35,259 nucleotides of DNA, taken from positions 1 through 35,259 of IMG/VR virus record IMGVR_UViG_3300010376_000088; one strand, written 5' to 3'. Under the pieces are notes generated by a model. That model had not been told where the DNA came from, searched no databases, and saw only the letters and a program-made list of their open reading frames with translations. The translations under genes were made by a program, and so were the position numbers. This DNA comes from a virus (lineage: Duplodnaviria; Caudoviricetes). Shown piece by piece: positions 18,473 to 27,761 of the stretch (positions are counted from its first letter, which is position 1; each line of letters starts with the position of its first letter).

Positions 18473-18682
18473 TCAGCTCGACGAGCTGCTCGCCTTCTCG
18501 GACGAGCTGCTCTTCTTCGCGGACTTCGCGCCCGAGCCGGGCTTGCCGAGCGTCTGCACGGTGTGCGGGCCGTCCGGCGGGTTCTGCTCGGGCACGTCGG
18601 TCGCCTCCGCGTAGGTCGAGTCCTCGGCCAGCGTCGAGAGCGTCGGGTCCGGCGCCTCGAGCTCGGTGACTTCCTCGGTCAC
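18473..18682 (-). CDS. Hypothetical protein after the major capsid gene
   Basis: SD GAGGAGGAG; 69 aa. Confidence 0.65.
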   Translation of the reverse strand: MTEEVTELEAPDPTLSTLAEDSTYAEATDVPEQNPPDGPHTVQTLGKPGSGAKSAKKSSSSEKASSSSS

Positions 18683-18693
18683 GTTGCTCCTCC

Positions 18694-19629
18694 TCAGGTC
18701 GCGTTCTTGATCGCCACGACCGAGCGGCCCAGGTCGTGGACCATGAACCCGAGCCGCGTCTCGTAGCGGATCGCGGTCAGGTTCTCCTGGAACAGCTTGC
18801 GGTCGACGACGCCGTCGTTGACGGTCGCCTCGCTCGACGTGGACAGGGTCACGTCCTTGCGGACGCGGACGTGCAGGTTCGGCCGGTAGGCGACGAAGCC
18901 GAGCACGTCGCCGGCGCCCGGCGCGGCCGCGGCCAGCGTCAGGTTCGTCGAGACGAACCCCGGCAGGCCGTACAGCGGGTCGCGCCCGGTGCCCGGCCCG
19001 TAGATCGGCATCGACGGGTCGAGCGTCGACCGTGCGTCGCGCAGCACCTGCGCGAAGCCGAAGCCCAGCTCGACACCCATCTGCGACGGGTCGCCGTAGC
19101 CGTTCGACTCGAGCACGCCCATCGCCGCCGAGATCGCCTTCTGCAGGCCGTCCGGCTTCGACTGGTCGTACTCGACCGAGGCCGTCGTGCCGCTCAGCCA
19201 GGAGTCGAACACGCTCGTGATCGACGTGCCCTTCGACAGGCCGTTGCCGTGCGCGTCGATCGCGTCGTTGATCGCCGTCCGCACACCCGAGTCGACCAGC
19301 ACGTTCAGGTCGCCCGACTGCACGTCCTCGAGCATCTCGTCCGTGAACAGGACGATCGTCGCGAACTTCTTCACGTTGATGTACGTGATCCCGAAGCTCG
19401 CCCCGGTCACGGGCTTGTCCGCTCCCTCGCCGACCGGCCCGGCGGTCGGCTGACCGAGCCAGATCGGGAACTGCGTCTTGACTGCGCCGGTGGCGCGCTT
19501 GTCGCCGGCGAGCGCGATCGCGCCCGACTCGACGAGGATCGCCTGCGTGAGGATTTCTCCCTGCTCGGGTGGCAAGAGGTAACCACCCGCAATCGGGGGA
19601 TTCTCAGCAAACGGGATCTGGTTCGCCAT
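18694..19629 (-). CDS. Major capsid protein (HK97 fold)
   Basis: GGYLLP, VGEGADKP, KKFATIVLFTDEMLED, LFQENLTAIRYETRLG motifs. Confidence 0.93.
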   Translation of the reverse strand: MANQIPFAENPPIAGGYLLPPEQGEILTQAILVESGAIALAGDKRATGAVKTQFPIWLGQPTAGPVGEGADKPVTGASFGITYINVKKFATIVLFTDEMLEDVQSGDLNVLVDSGVRTAINDAIDAHGNGLSKGTSITSVFDSWLSGTTASVEYDQSKPDGLQKAISAAMGVLESNGYGDPSQMGVELGFGFAQVLRDARSTLDPSMPIYGPGTGRDPLYGLPGFVSTNLTLAAAAPGAGDVLGFVAYRPNLHVRVRKDVTLSTSSEATVNDGVVDRKLFQENLTAIRYETRLGFMVHDLGRSVVAIKNAT

Positions 19630-19655
19630 GCTGCGTCCCTTTCGCTAGAGCCCGG

Positions 19656-20198
19656 TCAGGCCGGGCGATGCCCGAGCGAGCGGAGCAAGAGGTCGTTGTG
19701 CGCCTCCTCCGGTGTCTTCGTCTCGGGCACGGGCTGCCGCGCGCCGCCGTCGTAGCTGGCGCCGCCTGGACGTCCCTTGTCAGCGAGCAGCTCGCCCAGC
19801 TCCTCGGCGCGAAGCTCGATCTCCTCGCGCGTCGAGCCGGTCAGGAACTTCGCGGCTGAGAGGTCGAGGCCTCGCTCGGCCGCGATCTCGTAGCGGAGCA
19901 GCCGCGTCTCGGCGTCGACAGCGCGTCGCTCCGAGGTGCCGGCCTTCTCCGTCAGCCGTTCCATCTCCGTCTTGTCGCGGTCACGGAACTCCTGGAGCGA
20001 CTCCTCCAGCTCCGTGCCGCGGTTGCGGAGACCGGCGTTCTCACGCCGCAGCTGCTTGACGTAGGACTCGGAGTAGGTGCGGCCGCCCTCGGGCTCCTGG
20101 CCCTCCGGCTGCTGCTCTGCTCCTGCTGCGGGCTCCTGGCCCTCCGGCGCTGCGGGCTCCTGGCCCTCCGGCGCGGTCTCGGGCGATGGATCAGCCAT
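19656..20198 (-). CDS. Scaffolding protein
   Basis: YVKQLRRENA, DKTEMERL, FLTGSTREEI motifs; three PEGQEP repeats; upstream of the capsid gene. Confidence 0.85.
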   Translation of the reverse strand: MADPSPETAPEGQEPAAPEGQEPAAGAEQQPEGQEPEGGRTYSESYVKQLRRENAGLRNRGTELEESLQEFRDRDKTEMERLTEKAGTSERRAVDAETRLLRYEIAAERGLDLSAAKFLTGSTREEIELRAEELGELLADKGRPGGASYDGGARQPVPETKTPEEAHNDLLLRSLGHRPA

Positions 20199-20210
20199 CT
20201 AATGCCCTCC

Positions 20211-21752
20211 TCATGCGTTCGGTGGTCGTGGTGCAGGTGCTTGCCCGCCGGCGGCGGGCGGCGCGGGCGCGGCGCTCGGCTCGCTCTCGGCCGCGGCCGC
20301 GGCCTCGCTCGGCGGCGTCGCGGTCAGCTGCTCGCGGGCGATCGCGGCCTCGGCCTGCGCGGCCGCCTCCAGGCGCGCCTCCTCGGCTGCCTCGGCCAGC
20401 GCCTCCATCTCCTTGATCTCCTCCGGCGTGTAGCCGAGCTCGAGCCAGATCACCGGCAGCGGGATGCCGAGCGACTTCTTCTTCGTCGCCGCGTCGACGA
20501 GCTGCGACTGCGACAGCCGCTCCGGGTTCGCCCAGATCGCGGTCAGGTCGGTGCCCGAGGCCTTCTCGTCGCCGGCGGCCTGCAGGGCGAGGCCGAGCGC
20601 CTCCTCCCACGAGTCGCTGAAGAACAGCGTCTTCTGGCGGCACTTGGAGACCAGCCCGGCCTCGGCGACCGAGAGCGCGTCGCCCGACATGTTGACGAGC
20701 TTCGCCAGCAGGTAGTGCGGCGGCGTCCTGGTCTGCGCCGCCAGGTGCTGCACGAACATCTCGATCGCGTTGACGAAGTTGACCAGGTCGGTCGCGGGCA
20801 GCGAGAACGCCTTCGCGTCGGGCGGCTTGAACGTCCACAGGCGGCTCATCGCCGCCTTCATCTCCGCGTTCGCCAGCGGCTGCCCCGTCTCCGGGTCCTT
20901 CGGCACCTCGACGCCGGTCACGACGCGCTGCGGGAACGCGCCGTACTCGGAGGCGACGATCAGGTCGGTGCACAGCTTGTTCACCGCGTTCTGCAAGGGC
21001 AGCGCAGGCTCGAGGTCGGAGTGCGCCACCCCGAGGCCGGGCCGTCCCTGCGGCGCCATCAGGCCGCGCTTGTTGATCAGCGGGATCACCGGCACCACGC
21101 CGAGCGGGTTGTCGACCTCCGCGTCGCCGTCCGTGCGCGCGACCCACTCGATCCCGTTGGCGCGCGTGTTCGGCGCGCTCAGCGCCTCCTCCGACTCGAA
21201 GCGGAGCACGACGTCGGGCAGGTACAGCGTCGCGTAGCCGTAGCCGTCGTCGCCCTGCCAGCGCTTCAGCGCCGCCAGGCGCTTGCGCCGGTCGCCCGGG
21301 TCGCAGGCGACGACGACCTGCGAGGCGTGCTCGACCGTGATCAGCGGCTCGCCGTCGTTCGGGTCGACGAGCAGGAACGCCTGCCCCGACTTGCCCGCCT
21401 CCGTGTGCGCGATCACGCTCTCCGAGTCGAGCTGGTTCTGCTGCCAGATCTCCCAGGCCGGGTCGCTGACCTGGCCGTCGCCGCCGAAGCCGGTGATCCG
21501 CAGCCGCTCCACGGCGGCGTCGACGACGATCTGGCACCAGTTGTCGGCGAACGCGCCGAACAGCGTGCCGAACGCCTCCCGGAACTTCGACGTCGCGAAC
21601 TGCAGCGGGTGCATCCCGTTGTAGTACGACTCGTACACGTCGACCTCGACCGCCTGCATGTTCAGGCAGGCCTGCAGCCAGGCCAGCCAGTCGAGCGGCG
21701 TCCGGTCGGCCAGGCGCGGCAGCACGTTCTGGCGGGTGGCCGGGACGCTCAC
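20211..21752 (-). CDS. Portal protein (SPP1 gp6-like)
   Basis: YYNGMH, NWCQIVVDAAVERL, NPLGVVPV, AFPQRVVTG, SGDAL motifs; GTG 21752 overlaps the terL stop. Confidence 0.93.
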   Translation of the reverse strand: MSVPATRQNVLPRLADRTPLDWLAWLQACLNMQAVEVDVYESYYNGMHPLQFATSKFREAFGTLFGAFADNWCQIVVDAAVERLRITGFGGDGQVSDPAWEIWQQNQLDSESVIAHTEAGKSGQAFLLVDPNDGEPLITVEHASQVVVACDPGDRRKRLAALKRWQGDDGYGYATLYLPDVVLRFESEEALSAPNTRANGIEWVARTDGDAEVDNPLGVVPVIPLINKRGLMAPQGRPGLGVAHSDLEPALPLQNAVNKLCTDLIVASEYGAFPQRVVTGVEVPKDPETGQPLANAEMKAAMSRLWTFKPPDAKAFSLPATDLVNFVNAIEMFVQHLAAQTRTPPHYLLAKLVNMSGDALSVAEAGLVSKCRQKTLFFSDSWEEALGLALQAAGDEKASGTDLTAIWANPERLSQSQLVDAATKKKSLGIPLPVIWLELGYTPEEIKEMEALAEAAEEARLEAAAQAEAAIAREQLTATPPSEAAAAAESEPSAAPAPPAAGGQAPAPRPPNA

Positions 21753-23194
21753 AGGAACGCGTACTCCCTGCGGTCGGCGTCGTTCGCGGTCAGCAGGTCG
21801 CAGCGCGCCTCGTAGGCGAGCACGCTGGCGATCGCCGCGTCGTTCGCCTCCATCTCGCCGCGGCCCTTCGTCAACAGGTAGCCGCCGCGCACCTCGCGCA
21901 GCTGCGTGTTCGTGACGTGCCGGGTCAGGTCCTCGTCGCCGGTGTGCTCGATCTTGCCGTCGACCAGGTCGGTGCGGAACCGCTCCGCCGCCTGCATCAT
22001 CCGGCTGCGGTTCGTCCAGAAGCGCAGCACGACCTTCTCGCCCCACTCGTGCGCCCAGGCGTCGATCTCCGACTGCCACAGCGGCGGGTCGAAGTAGCCG
22101 CGCACCACGTCGTAGGTCTCCATCACTTCGCTCAGGCGGGCGTCGACCTCGCCGGCCGGGACCTCCCACTCCTTCGCGCCGCGCGGCGACTCCCACAGGC
22201 CGAGCAGCTCGAGCTGGCCGTCCTCGATCCGGCAGCCGACGATCGCGGTCGCGTCGTGGAAACGCGACCCGTCGAAGCCGAGCGTGATCCGGTCGCCGGC
22301 GGCCAGCGGCTCCAGCGCCTCGTGCTCCGTCCACACGGCCGGGCTGAGCCACCACTGGTCGGCGGCCATCCAGATCCCGCAGGCGAAGCGCGCCCACTGC
22401 CAGGGCAGCGTCGACGGCGAGTCGTGCCGCTGCCGCAGCTTCGCCAGCGTGTTCGACTCGAGCGGGTTCACCGTCTTGACCAGCTTCAGGTCGTGCACGT
22501 CGTCGTCGTCTCCGAGCGACCACTCGTGCAGCGCGAAGATGCCCTCCGGGTGCCGCGAGTACGAGTAGTGCCCCTCCTGCTTGGTCGGCAGCTTGCGCGC
22601 CTCGGCGCGCACCAGGCCGAGCGGCGTGCCCGGGTGCTCGCCGGCGGTCGTGATCGTCAGCATCTGGCCGTCGCGGGCGCCGAGCCCGTCGCGGAACACG
22701 CCGTACAGGTCCGGCTTCTTGTGCCGGCCGAGCTCGTCGACCAGGGCCAGCGTCGGCAGCACGCCGTCGGCGGTGTCCGAGTCGGAGGCCAGCACCCGGA
22801 TGCGTCCGGCGTCGTTCTCGTCGGTCGTGAAGATCGCCCGGTAGCCGCCGCGCGGCACGAAGCGCTTCGACAGCTCGGCGCTGCGGCGCACGAACCCGAC
22901 CGCCTGCTCATACATGATCGCGGCCTGCTCGCGCGACGAGGCGCCGATCACGCAGTCGGCGTCGTCGGTGAACAGGAGGTGGAACAGCGCCAGCGCCGCC
23001 AGCAGCGTCGTCTTGCCGTTCTTCTTCGACAGCAGCACCAGCGTCTCGATCACGCCGTCGAAGTAGTCGGCCAGGATCGTGCGCTGGAACGGCTCGAGCA
23101 CGAGCGGCCCGGCGTTGTCGGCCAGGCGCAGCCCGAGGCAGAAGCGCTCGAACGTCTCCAGGTCAGCGCCGTCGCTTCCGCCTCTCCTGGGCAA
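21749..23194 (-). CDS. terL: Terminase large subunit
   Basis: Walker A KKNGKT, Walker B LVDELG, ITTAG, nuclease LGFDGS...DATA; start uncertain. Confidence 0.95.
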   Translation of the reverse strand: MPRRGGSDGADLETFERFCLGLRLADNAGPLVLEPFQRTILADYFDGVIETLVLLSKKNGKTTLLAALALFHLLFTDDADCVIGASSREQAAIMYEQAVGFVRRSAELSKRFVPRGGYRAIFTTDENDAGRIRVLASDSDTADGVLPTLALVDELGRHKKPDLYGVFRDGLGARDGQMLTITTAGEHPGTPLGLVRAEARKLPTKQEGHYSYSRHPEGIFALHEWSLGDDDDVHDLKLVKTVNPLESNTLAKLRQRHDSPSTLPWQWARFACGIWMAADQWWLSPAVWTEHEALEPLAAGDRITLGFDGSRFHDATAIVGCRIEDGQLELLGLWESPRGAKEWEVPAGEVDARLSEVMETYDVVRGYFDPPLWQSEIDAWAHEWGEKVVLRFWTNRSRMMQAAERFRTDLVDGKIEHTGDEDLTRHVTNTQLREVRGGYLLTKGRGEMEANDAAIASVLAYEARCDLLTANDADRREYAFL

Positions 23195-23684
23195 GCTCGA
23201 TCACCTCCCTCAACGGGTCCTCCTCCGGCTGCACGTCTTCGGTCTCCGGCTCGACCAGCGCCCGCTGCGAGGCGCGCGCCCAGCGCTCCGGGTACTGGCG
23301 CTCCAGCATCCAGGCCGCCCAGGCCGGGTCGTGGCGGCCGGCGGCGGCGATCGTCATCCCCAGGAAGATCTCGCCCTGCGCCCGCGCCCGTTCGACCTGC
23401 TCCCGGAACTCGCGGAACTGCTGATCCTCGGCGCGGTGCCGGTCCGGCCGTCCGCGCTCGCGCCAGTCGTAGAACGTCGAGCGGCCGACGCCGTTCGCGG
23501 CCAGCACCGTCGACAGGTGCATCCCGCCCTGCAGCTGCCCGATGATCGTCGTCTGCAGCTGCGGCGTCAGCGTCGTCTTGTGCACCAGCCGCAGGTGCGC
23601 GACGCAGCGCTCCGATCCCTCCACCGCCCGGTTGCGGCAGCGCTTGCCCTTCGCGGTCTTCTGCGAGCACTGCGGCTGCTTCAC
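23163..23684 (-). CDS. terS: Terminase small subunit (probable) with N-terminal CCCH zinc finger
   Basis: CSQKTAKGKRC...CVAH; HTH GVGRSTFYDW; AAWMLERQYPERW; directly upstream of terL. Confidence 0.75.
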   Translation of the reverse strand: MKQPQCSQKTAKGKRCRNRAVEGSERCVAHLRLVHKTTLTPQLQTTIIGQLQGGMHLSTVLAANGVGRSTFYDWRERGRPDRHRAEDQQFREFREQVERARAQGEIFLGMTIAAAGRHDPAWAAWMLERQYPERWARASQRALVEPETEDVQPEEDPLREVIELAQERRKRRR

Positions 23685-23971
23685 GGCTCACCGAACGGGT
23701 CGTCGTCCAGGTGGCAGTCGTCGCACACGACCTCCAGCCGGTCGAGCTGGGCGACGGGCGCGCCGCCGTGCTCGATCCGGTCGACGTGGTGCACCGTGCG
23801 CGTCGGGCGGCCGCAGCGCTCGCAGCGGTAGCGCGCCCGCTCCAGCGCGGCGGCGCGAACTCTGCGCGACGGCCCGCTGTCGTGACGGCGGGTGTGCTCT
23901 CCGCAGCCAGCCCGGCCGGGGACCGCCGGACGTAGACACCCGGGCACGGAGCAGGCCGTCGCGGCTCTCAC
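23681..23971 (-). CDS. HNH endonuclease (packaging-associated)
   Basis: CERCG...VHHV...HGG...LEVVCDDCH; coupled to terS. Confidence 0.85.
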   Translation of the reverse strand: MRAATACSVPGCLRPAVPGRAGCGEHTRRHDSGPSRRVRAAALERARYRCERCGRPTRTVHHVDRIEHGGAPVAQLDRLEVVCDDCHLDDDPFGEP

Positions 23972-23974
23972 GCC

Positions 23975-24127
23975 TCAGGCGACCTCGTCCTCGCCTTCGG
24001 GCTCGACCTCTGATCCCTCGCCGGCGGGATCGGCGGGGTCGACGGGCGCGCCCTCGACACCTTCCTCCGCAGCAGCGCCTTCCGTCTCAGCGCCCTCCTC
24101 ACCGGGCAGCTCTGTCTCTTCCGACAC
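23975..24127 (-). CDS. Small highly acidic protein
   Basis: SD GAAGGAGG before GTG 24127; E/G/A-rich, 50 aa. Confidence 0.6.
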   Translation of the reverse strand: MSEETELPGEEGAETEGAAAEEGVEGAPVDPADPAGEGSEVEPEGEDEVA

Positions 24128-24256
24128 GAGTCCTCCTTCGCATGTGTTCCGACCGGACCCGAGGCGCACGAACTCATGCGCCAGGTCTGCAACCAGCAGG
24201 CCGCGAGGGCCGACAGTCGGGCTCGCGCAACAGGCTACACCCGTCCCGCGCGATCG

Positions 24257-24547
24257 TCAGGCAGCGAGCTTGCGTTCCAGCCGGTCGATCGTGCGGCGCA
24301 GCTCGCGCAGCTCGTTCGACACCTCCGGCCCGAAGCGCGTCTTCAGCGCGTCCGCCTGCTCCTCGAGGCAGCCACGGATCGCCTGCCACTCCCGCCGGCG
24401 GCGGCGCGATCCGGCGACGTGTGCTTGGCGGGTCAGGTGCGCTTGCTCCTCGGCGGACACGGCTTCCGGCTCGTCGACCAGGGCGCGCCGCGTCGAGTCG
24501 ACGTACCCGACCTCGCTTCGACTCGCGAGCAGCCGCGGACGATCCAC
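24257..24547 (-). CDS. Hypothetical protein (start uncertain)
   Basis: Coiled-coil-like C-terminus ELRELRRTIDRLERKLAA; the longer ORF start would cross the terminator. Confidence 0.55.
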   Translation of the reverse strand: MDRPRLLASRSEVGYVDSTRRALVDEPEAVSAEEQAHLTRQAHVAGSRRRRREWQAIRGCLEEQADALKTRFGPEVSNELRELRRTIDRLERKLAA

Positions 24548-24579
24548 GCCACCCAGGGTACGTCGCCGCGCGGCGGCAC

Positions 24580-24609
24580 AAAAAAACGGCCCCGCCCGAA
24601 GGCGGGGCC
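24580..24609 (-). terminator. Intrinsic terminator between early and late arms
   Basis: GGCCCCGCC-TTCG-GGCGGGGCC-G-TTTTTTT on the minus strand. Confidence 0.9.
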
Positions 24610-24628
24610 ATCTCTCCGACACATACCG

Positions 24629-24680
24629 CATAGGTGATCAGGCTGCGGCGGCGTGTCGTGGTGAGCAGGTATGCGCTAGG
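24629..24680. repeat. 52-bp cassette, copy 2
   Basis: CATAGGTGATCA-N21-TGAGCAGGTATGCGCTAGG. Confidence 0.9.
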
Positions 24681-26025
24681 CGTTCGGCCTCCCTGCCAGC
24701 CGCTGCTTCTCGTCCTCGACGAGCTTGTACCCGCGGGCCTGCAGCCACACGAAGTACTGCTCCTCGTCGAGCCACGAGCCGTAGCTCGTCAGCATCCGCT
24801 CGAACTGCGCGGCCGCGAGAGCGAACGTCACGCGCAGCCGAGCAGCCGCCGACTTCTCGGCCTCCTGCTCGATCAGGTACGTGACCTCGACCTCGTCGAC
24901 CTTCAGCTTCGCGGCCGCGGCCTCCGCCGTCTTCTCGACGTCGATCCCGAGCAGGTCGAGCGTGAGCATCGCCGCGTCCTCGTCGTTGCCGTAGTAGCGG
25001 CTGCCGTCGTAGATGAGCACGGCGAACACGAGCTCGAGCACGGCGTCCTTGTCGGGCCGGGCGGCGATCAGCTCGCGCACGAACTGCCGTCGCCGCTCCG
25101 TCAGCTTGTCGAACGCCTCCTCCCTCTGCTTCGCCTCGGCCTGGCGCTTCTGCTCCTCGGCCTTCAGCTGGTCGGCCCGCGACGGGTGGGCCTTCGGGTT
25201 CGTGCACACGGCGATCTCCTTCAGCGAGTGCGGGTTCACCGCGATCGCGTGACAGTCGAGCTTCGCGTGCTTCTTCGGGTCCATCTCGACGTCGTTCTTG
25301 TTGTACGTCTGCGCCTTGACCTCGGCCATCCCGTCGGGCAGCTGCACGCTGTACCCGTAGGCGTCGGTCTTGGCGTCGACGACGTTGACGCCCTGCTTCT
25401 TCAGCTCGGCGACCCTCGCCGCGCGCTCCTTGTCCTTCTGGCGCTTGGCGACCTCCTCGCCGACCTTCTGGCTGATCGAGCGGCCGTACCCGTTCGGGTT
25501 CGACTTCGCCAGCTTCGCGACGAGCTTCGGGTCGTCCTTCAGCTTCGCCAGCTCCGCTGCGTCGGGCAGGGTGATTCCGCCGGAATCAACCTCCTTCTGC
25601 ACCTTCTCCGGCAACGCCAGCAGCGCGAGCCGCTTGGCGATCGTGCCCTGCGCGCGGCCGACGCGGGTGGCGATCTCCCGCTGCGTCAGCCCGAGGTCGA
25701 CGAGCCGCTTGTACGCGTTCGCCTCCTCGATCGGCGTCAGGTCTTCCCGCTGGGCGTTCTCGACGATCATCGTCTCGAGCCGCTCCTGCTCGGTGAACTG
25801 ACGCGCGATCACCGGCACGACCTTCAGGCCGGCCATCTTCGCGGCCGCCAAGCGGCGGGCGCCGGCGACGACCAGGTAGTCGCCCTCACGGACGATCAGC
25901 GGCTGCAACACGCCGCCGCTCTTGATCGACTGCGCCAACTCGCCGACGTCGCCGACCTCCATGCGGACGTTGTCCTCGGCCACCTTCAAGCGGCCGACCG
26001 CGACCTCTTCGATCGCTACTGCCAT
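24676..26025 (-). CDS. parB: ParB/Spo0J-family protein (orphan; no parA)
   Basis: LAQSIKSGGVLQPLIV, VAGARRLAAA, ENAQREDLTPIEEA, HTH LTQREIATRVGRAQGTI; ATG 26025 after GAAGGAGG. Confidence 0.92.
   Translation of the reverse strand: MAVAIEEVAVGRLKVAEDNVRMEVGDVGELAQSIKSGGVLQPLIVREGDYLVVAGARRLAAAKMAGLKVVPVIARQFTEQERLETMIVENAQREDLTPIEEANAYKRLVDLGLTQREIATRVGRAQGTIAKRLALLALPEKVQKEVDSGGITLPDAAELAKLKDDPKLVAKLAKSNPNGYGRSISQKVGEEVAKRQKDKERAARVAELKKQGVNVVDAKTDAYGYSVQLPDGMAEVKAQTYNKNDVEMDPKKHAKLDCHAIAVNPHSLKEIAVCTNPKAHPSRADQLKAEEQKRQAEAKQREEAFDKLTERRRQFVRELIAARPDKDAVLELVFAVLIYDGSRYYGNDEDAAMLTLDLLGIDVEKTAEAAAAKLKVDEVEVTYLIEQEAEKSAAARLRVTFALAAAQFERMLTSYGSWLDEEQYFVWLQARGYKLVEDEKQRLAGRPNA
25573..25587. promoter_or_regulatory. 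Palindrome GATTCC-N3-GGAATC, copy 3 (inside parB)
   Basis: TGATTCCGCCGGAATCA. Confidence 0.7.
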
Positions 26026-26031
26026 CGTGTC

Positions 26032-26098
26032 CTCCTTCGGACTCGGATCACGGTGCACCGGCTGGTGCACCCGCCCCCGCCATCGCGGGCGGGAGCGG
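26032..26098 (-). promoter_or_regulatory. Conserved structured leader A (before parB)
   Basis: CCGC[hairpin]GCGG-GUGCACC-N4-GGUGCAC-CGU-GAUCCGAGUC-CGAAGGAG. Confidence 0.85.
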
Positions 26099-26103
26099 GA
26101 ACA

Positions 26104-26304
26104 TCAGGCAGCCTTCGCCTTCTCGTCGGCGACCTGGACGGTCACGAGCAGGCTCTTGCCCTGCTCGAACGCCATCTCGCCGAGCGCCGTCTTGCGCACG
26201 TACAGCGAACCGATCTTCGCCTCTGCCATGCCCTCGACGACCTCCTCGAACTTGAACGTGCCCTTCGTCTCCTTCACGGGCTCGAACGTCAGCGTGAGGA
26301 TCAC
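26104..26304 (-). CDS. Small hypothetical protein
   Basis: 66 aa, SD AGGAGGT, GTGA-coupled. Confidence 0.75.
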   Translation of the reverse strand: MILTLTFEPVKETKGTFKFEEVVEGMAEAKIGSLYVRKTALGEMAFEQGKSLLVTVQVADEKAKAA

Positions 26305-26969
26305 TTGCTCACCTCCTTCTCCATCTCGGCCTCGACCAGCCCGCGCAGATGACTCAGCGCCTTGTCGAGGTTCAACTGCGCCGTGTTACGGCGGCCGCGA
26401 GCAGCCTCGACCGCACGCGCGGCCTCGGCGAGCTCGCCGTCGGGCCGCTCCGGCTCGACCTCCGACGCCCGGATCAGGTGCAACGGACCGCGCGGCTCAC
26501 CGCGCTTGTTCAGCCCGTTCCCGTTCCCGTCGCCGTTGCGCCGCTCGTGGAACTCGGCCTTCTTCTCGGCGGCGTGCTCCTCGCACAGCCGCCCGTACAT
26601 GCCCTTCTGCGTCAGCCACGGCTCGCCGCAGCCTTCGATCTTGCAGACGCGCCGCTGCTCGAGCGGGCGCGTCAACTCCTCCATCAGGTCACTCACGAGG
26701 TCCTTCCTCTCTTCGATGACGTCGGCGACCGGGAAGCCCCGGGCCACCATCCGAACGTCCGCCTCGCAGTCCTGCCAGGCGGTCGGTACCCACTCGCCGC
26801 GAGCGATCGCGTCGAGCTCCTCGCTGTCGCCGGACCACAGCGTTCGCAGCACGGCGATCTCCCGCACGACCGGCGGCTCCAACGGCAGCTCGACCAGGTG
26901 CGCGGGCAGCAGCACGTCGCCGAGGCGGCGGCCGAAGATCGGCTCGCCGCCCCTCGGCAACCGGTTCAC
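26301..26969 (-). CDS. Hypothetical protein with a CxxxGC...CxxH zinc-finger-like motif
   Basis: CKIEGCGEP...GRLCEEH; GTG 26969 overlaps the upstream stop. Confidence 0.65.
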   Translation of the reverse strand: MNRLPRGGEPIFGRRLGDVLLPAHLVELPLEPPVVREIAVLRTLWSGDSEELDAIARGEWVPTAWQDCEADVRMVARGFPVADVIEERKDLVSDLMEELTRPLEQRRVCKIEGCGEPWLTQKGMYGRLCEEHAAEKKAEFHERRNGDGNGNGLNKRGEPRGPLHLIRASEVEPERPDGELAEAARAVEAARGRRNTAQLNLDKALSHLRGLVEAEMEKEVSK

Positions 26970-27322
26970 GACCAGGCGAACAGCGCGTAGCCCTGGTCGG
27001 CGCAGCGCCGGAACCAGGCGGCGACGTTCGGCGCCCACTCCTGGGTCACGCCGATCTGCACGGCCGCGTCGAGCCCGGCCGCGATCTTCGCGACGTCGTC
27101 GGCGTCGTGGCTCTCGTACAGCGAGTAGCCCGTCATCTGCTCGACCCAGCTCGCATAGACGCCGCCGCGGATCCCGCTGCCCTTCTCGCCCGTGTCGGGC
27201 ACGCCGAGCGTGAAGATCCCGCGTGCCACGTCGATCTTCTCCAGCTCCTCGTCGTGCACGACCGGCACGAACGAGTCGCCCTTCTTCGGCAGCCTCTCGA
27301 CCGCCAGCACGTCGAGGCCCAT
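26966..27322 (-). CDS. Hypothetical protein
   Basis: TGATG-coupled start MGLDVLAVE. Confidence 0.7.
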   Translation of the reverse strand: MGLDVLAVERLPKKGDSFVPVVHDEELEKIDVARGIFTLGVPDTGEKGSGIRGGVYASWVEQMTGYSLYESHDADDVAKIAAGLDAAVQIGVTQEWAPNVAAWFRRCADQGYALFAWS

Positions 27323-27684
27323 CAGAACGACGAGCCCGAGACGGTCGCGATGCCGTACGCGGCCGACGTCTGCGCCTGGTCGACGACCGTCGTTCCGTCG
27401 AGCAGCGTCAGGTGGAGCGGCTCGCTCCCGCCGTCCTGCTTCTGCACGTCGGCGGCGGTGATCGCCAGGTCGTGGAAGCGGATCACGCGGCGGCCGCTCC
27501 CGTCGTAGGTCGACCCTCCGACGGCGCCCGACCACGAGCACGCGCAGTCGACCTCGAGCGCGTAGTCGTGCGTCTTCTTCGTCGCGTCGGTCGCGGCCTT
27601 GCTGGCGACCGCGACGAGCGCGACGCCCATGACGATGACGAGGGCGACGAACGCGCCGCCCCCGACTATGAGTGCGTTTCTCAC
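27322..27684 (-). CDS. Membrane-anchored exported protein (MmpS-like architecture)
   Basis: N-terminal TM helix LIVGGGAFVALVIVMGVALVAVA followed by a small beta-rich domain; SD GAAGGAGG. Confidence 0.75.
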   Translation of the reverse strand: MRNALIVGGGAFVALVIVMGVALVAVASKAATDATKKTHDYALEVDCACSWSGAVGGSTYDGSGRRVIRFHDLAITAADVQKQDGGSEPLHLTLLDGTTVVDQAQTSAAYGIATVSGSSF

Positions 27685-27689
27685 TTGTC

Positions 27690-27755
27690 CTCCTTCGGAC
27701 GTTTGACTCGGATCGGAGCGGGTGCTCCCGCCCCCGGCCAGGTGGCCGGGAGCGG
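27690..27755 (-). promoter_or_regulatory. Conserved structured leader B
   Basis: CCGC[hairpin]GCGG-GAGC-ACCC-GCUC-C-GAUCCGAGUC-N7-CGAAGGAG. Confidence 0.85.
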
Positions 27756-27761
27756 CACGCA

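Noticed and set aside
19540-19629. AT-richer codons at the start of the capsid gene as a hidden element
   Set aside because: Adequately explained by reduced 5' structure in a highly expressed gene; no match to the repeat families
20091-20174. Three 18-bp direct repeats as iterons
   Set aside because: They encode in-frame PEGQEP repeats in the disordered scaffold N-terminus
16650-24140. CGAAGGAG before the sheath and the acidic late gene as extra structured leaders
   Set aside because: Only the SD is shared; the GATCCGAGTC box and the paired hairpins are absent
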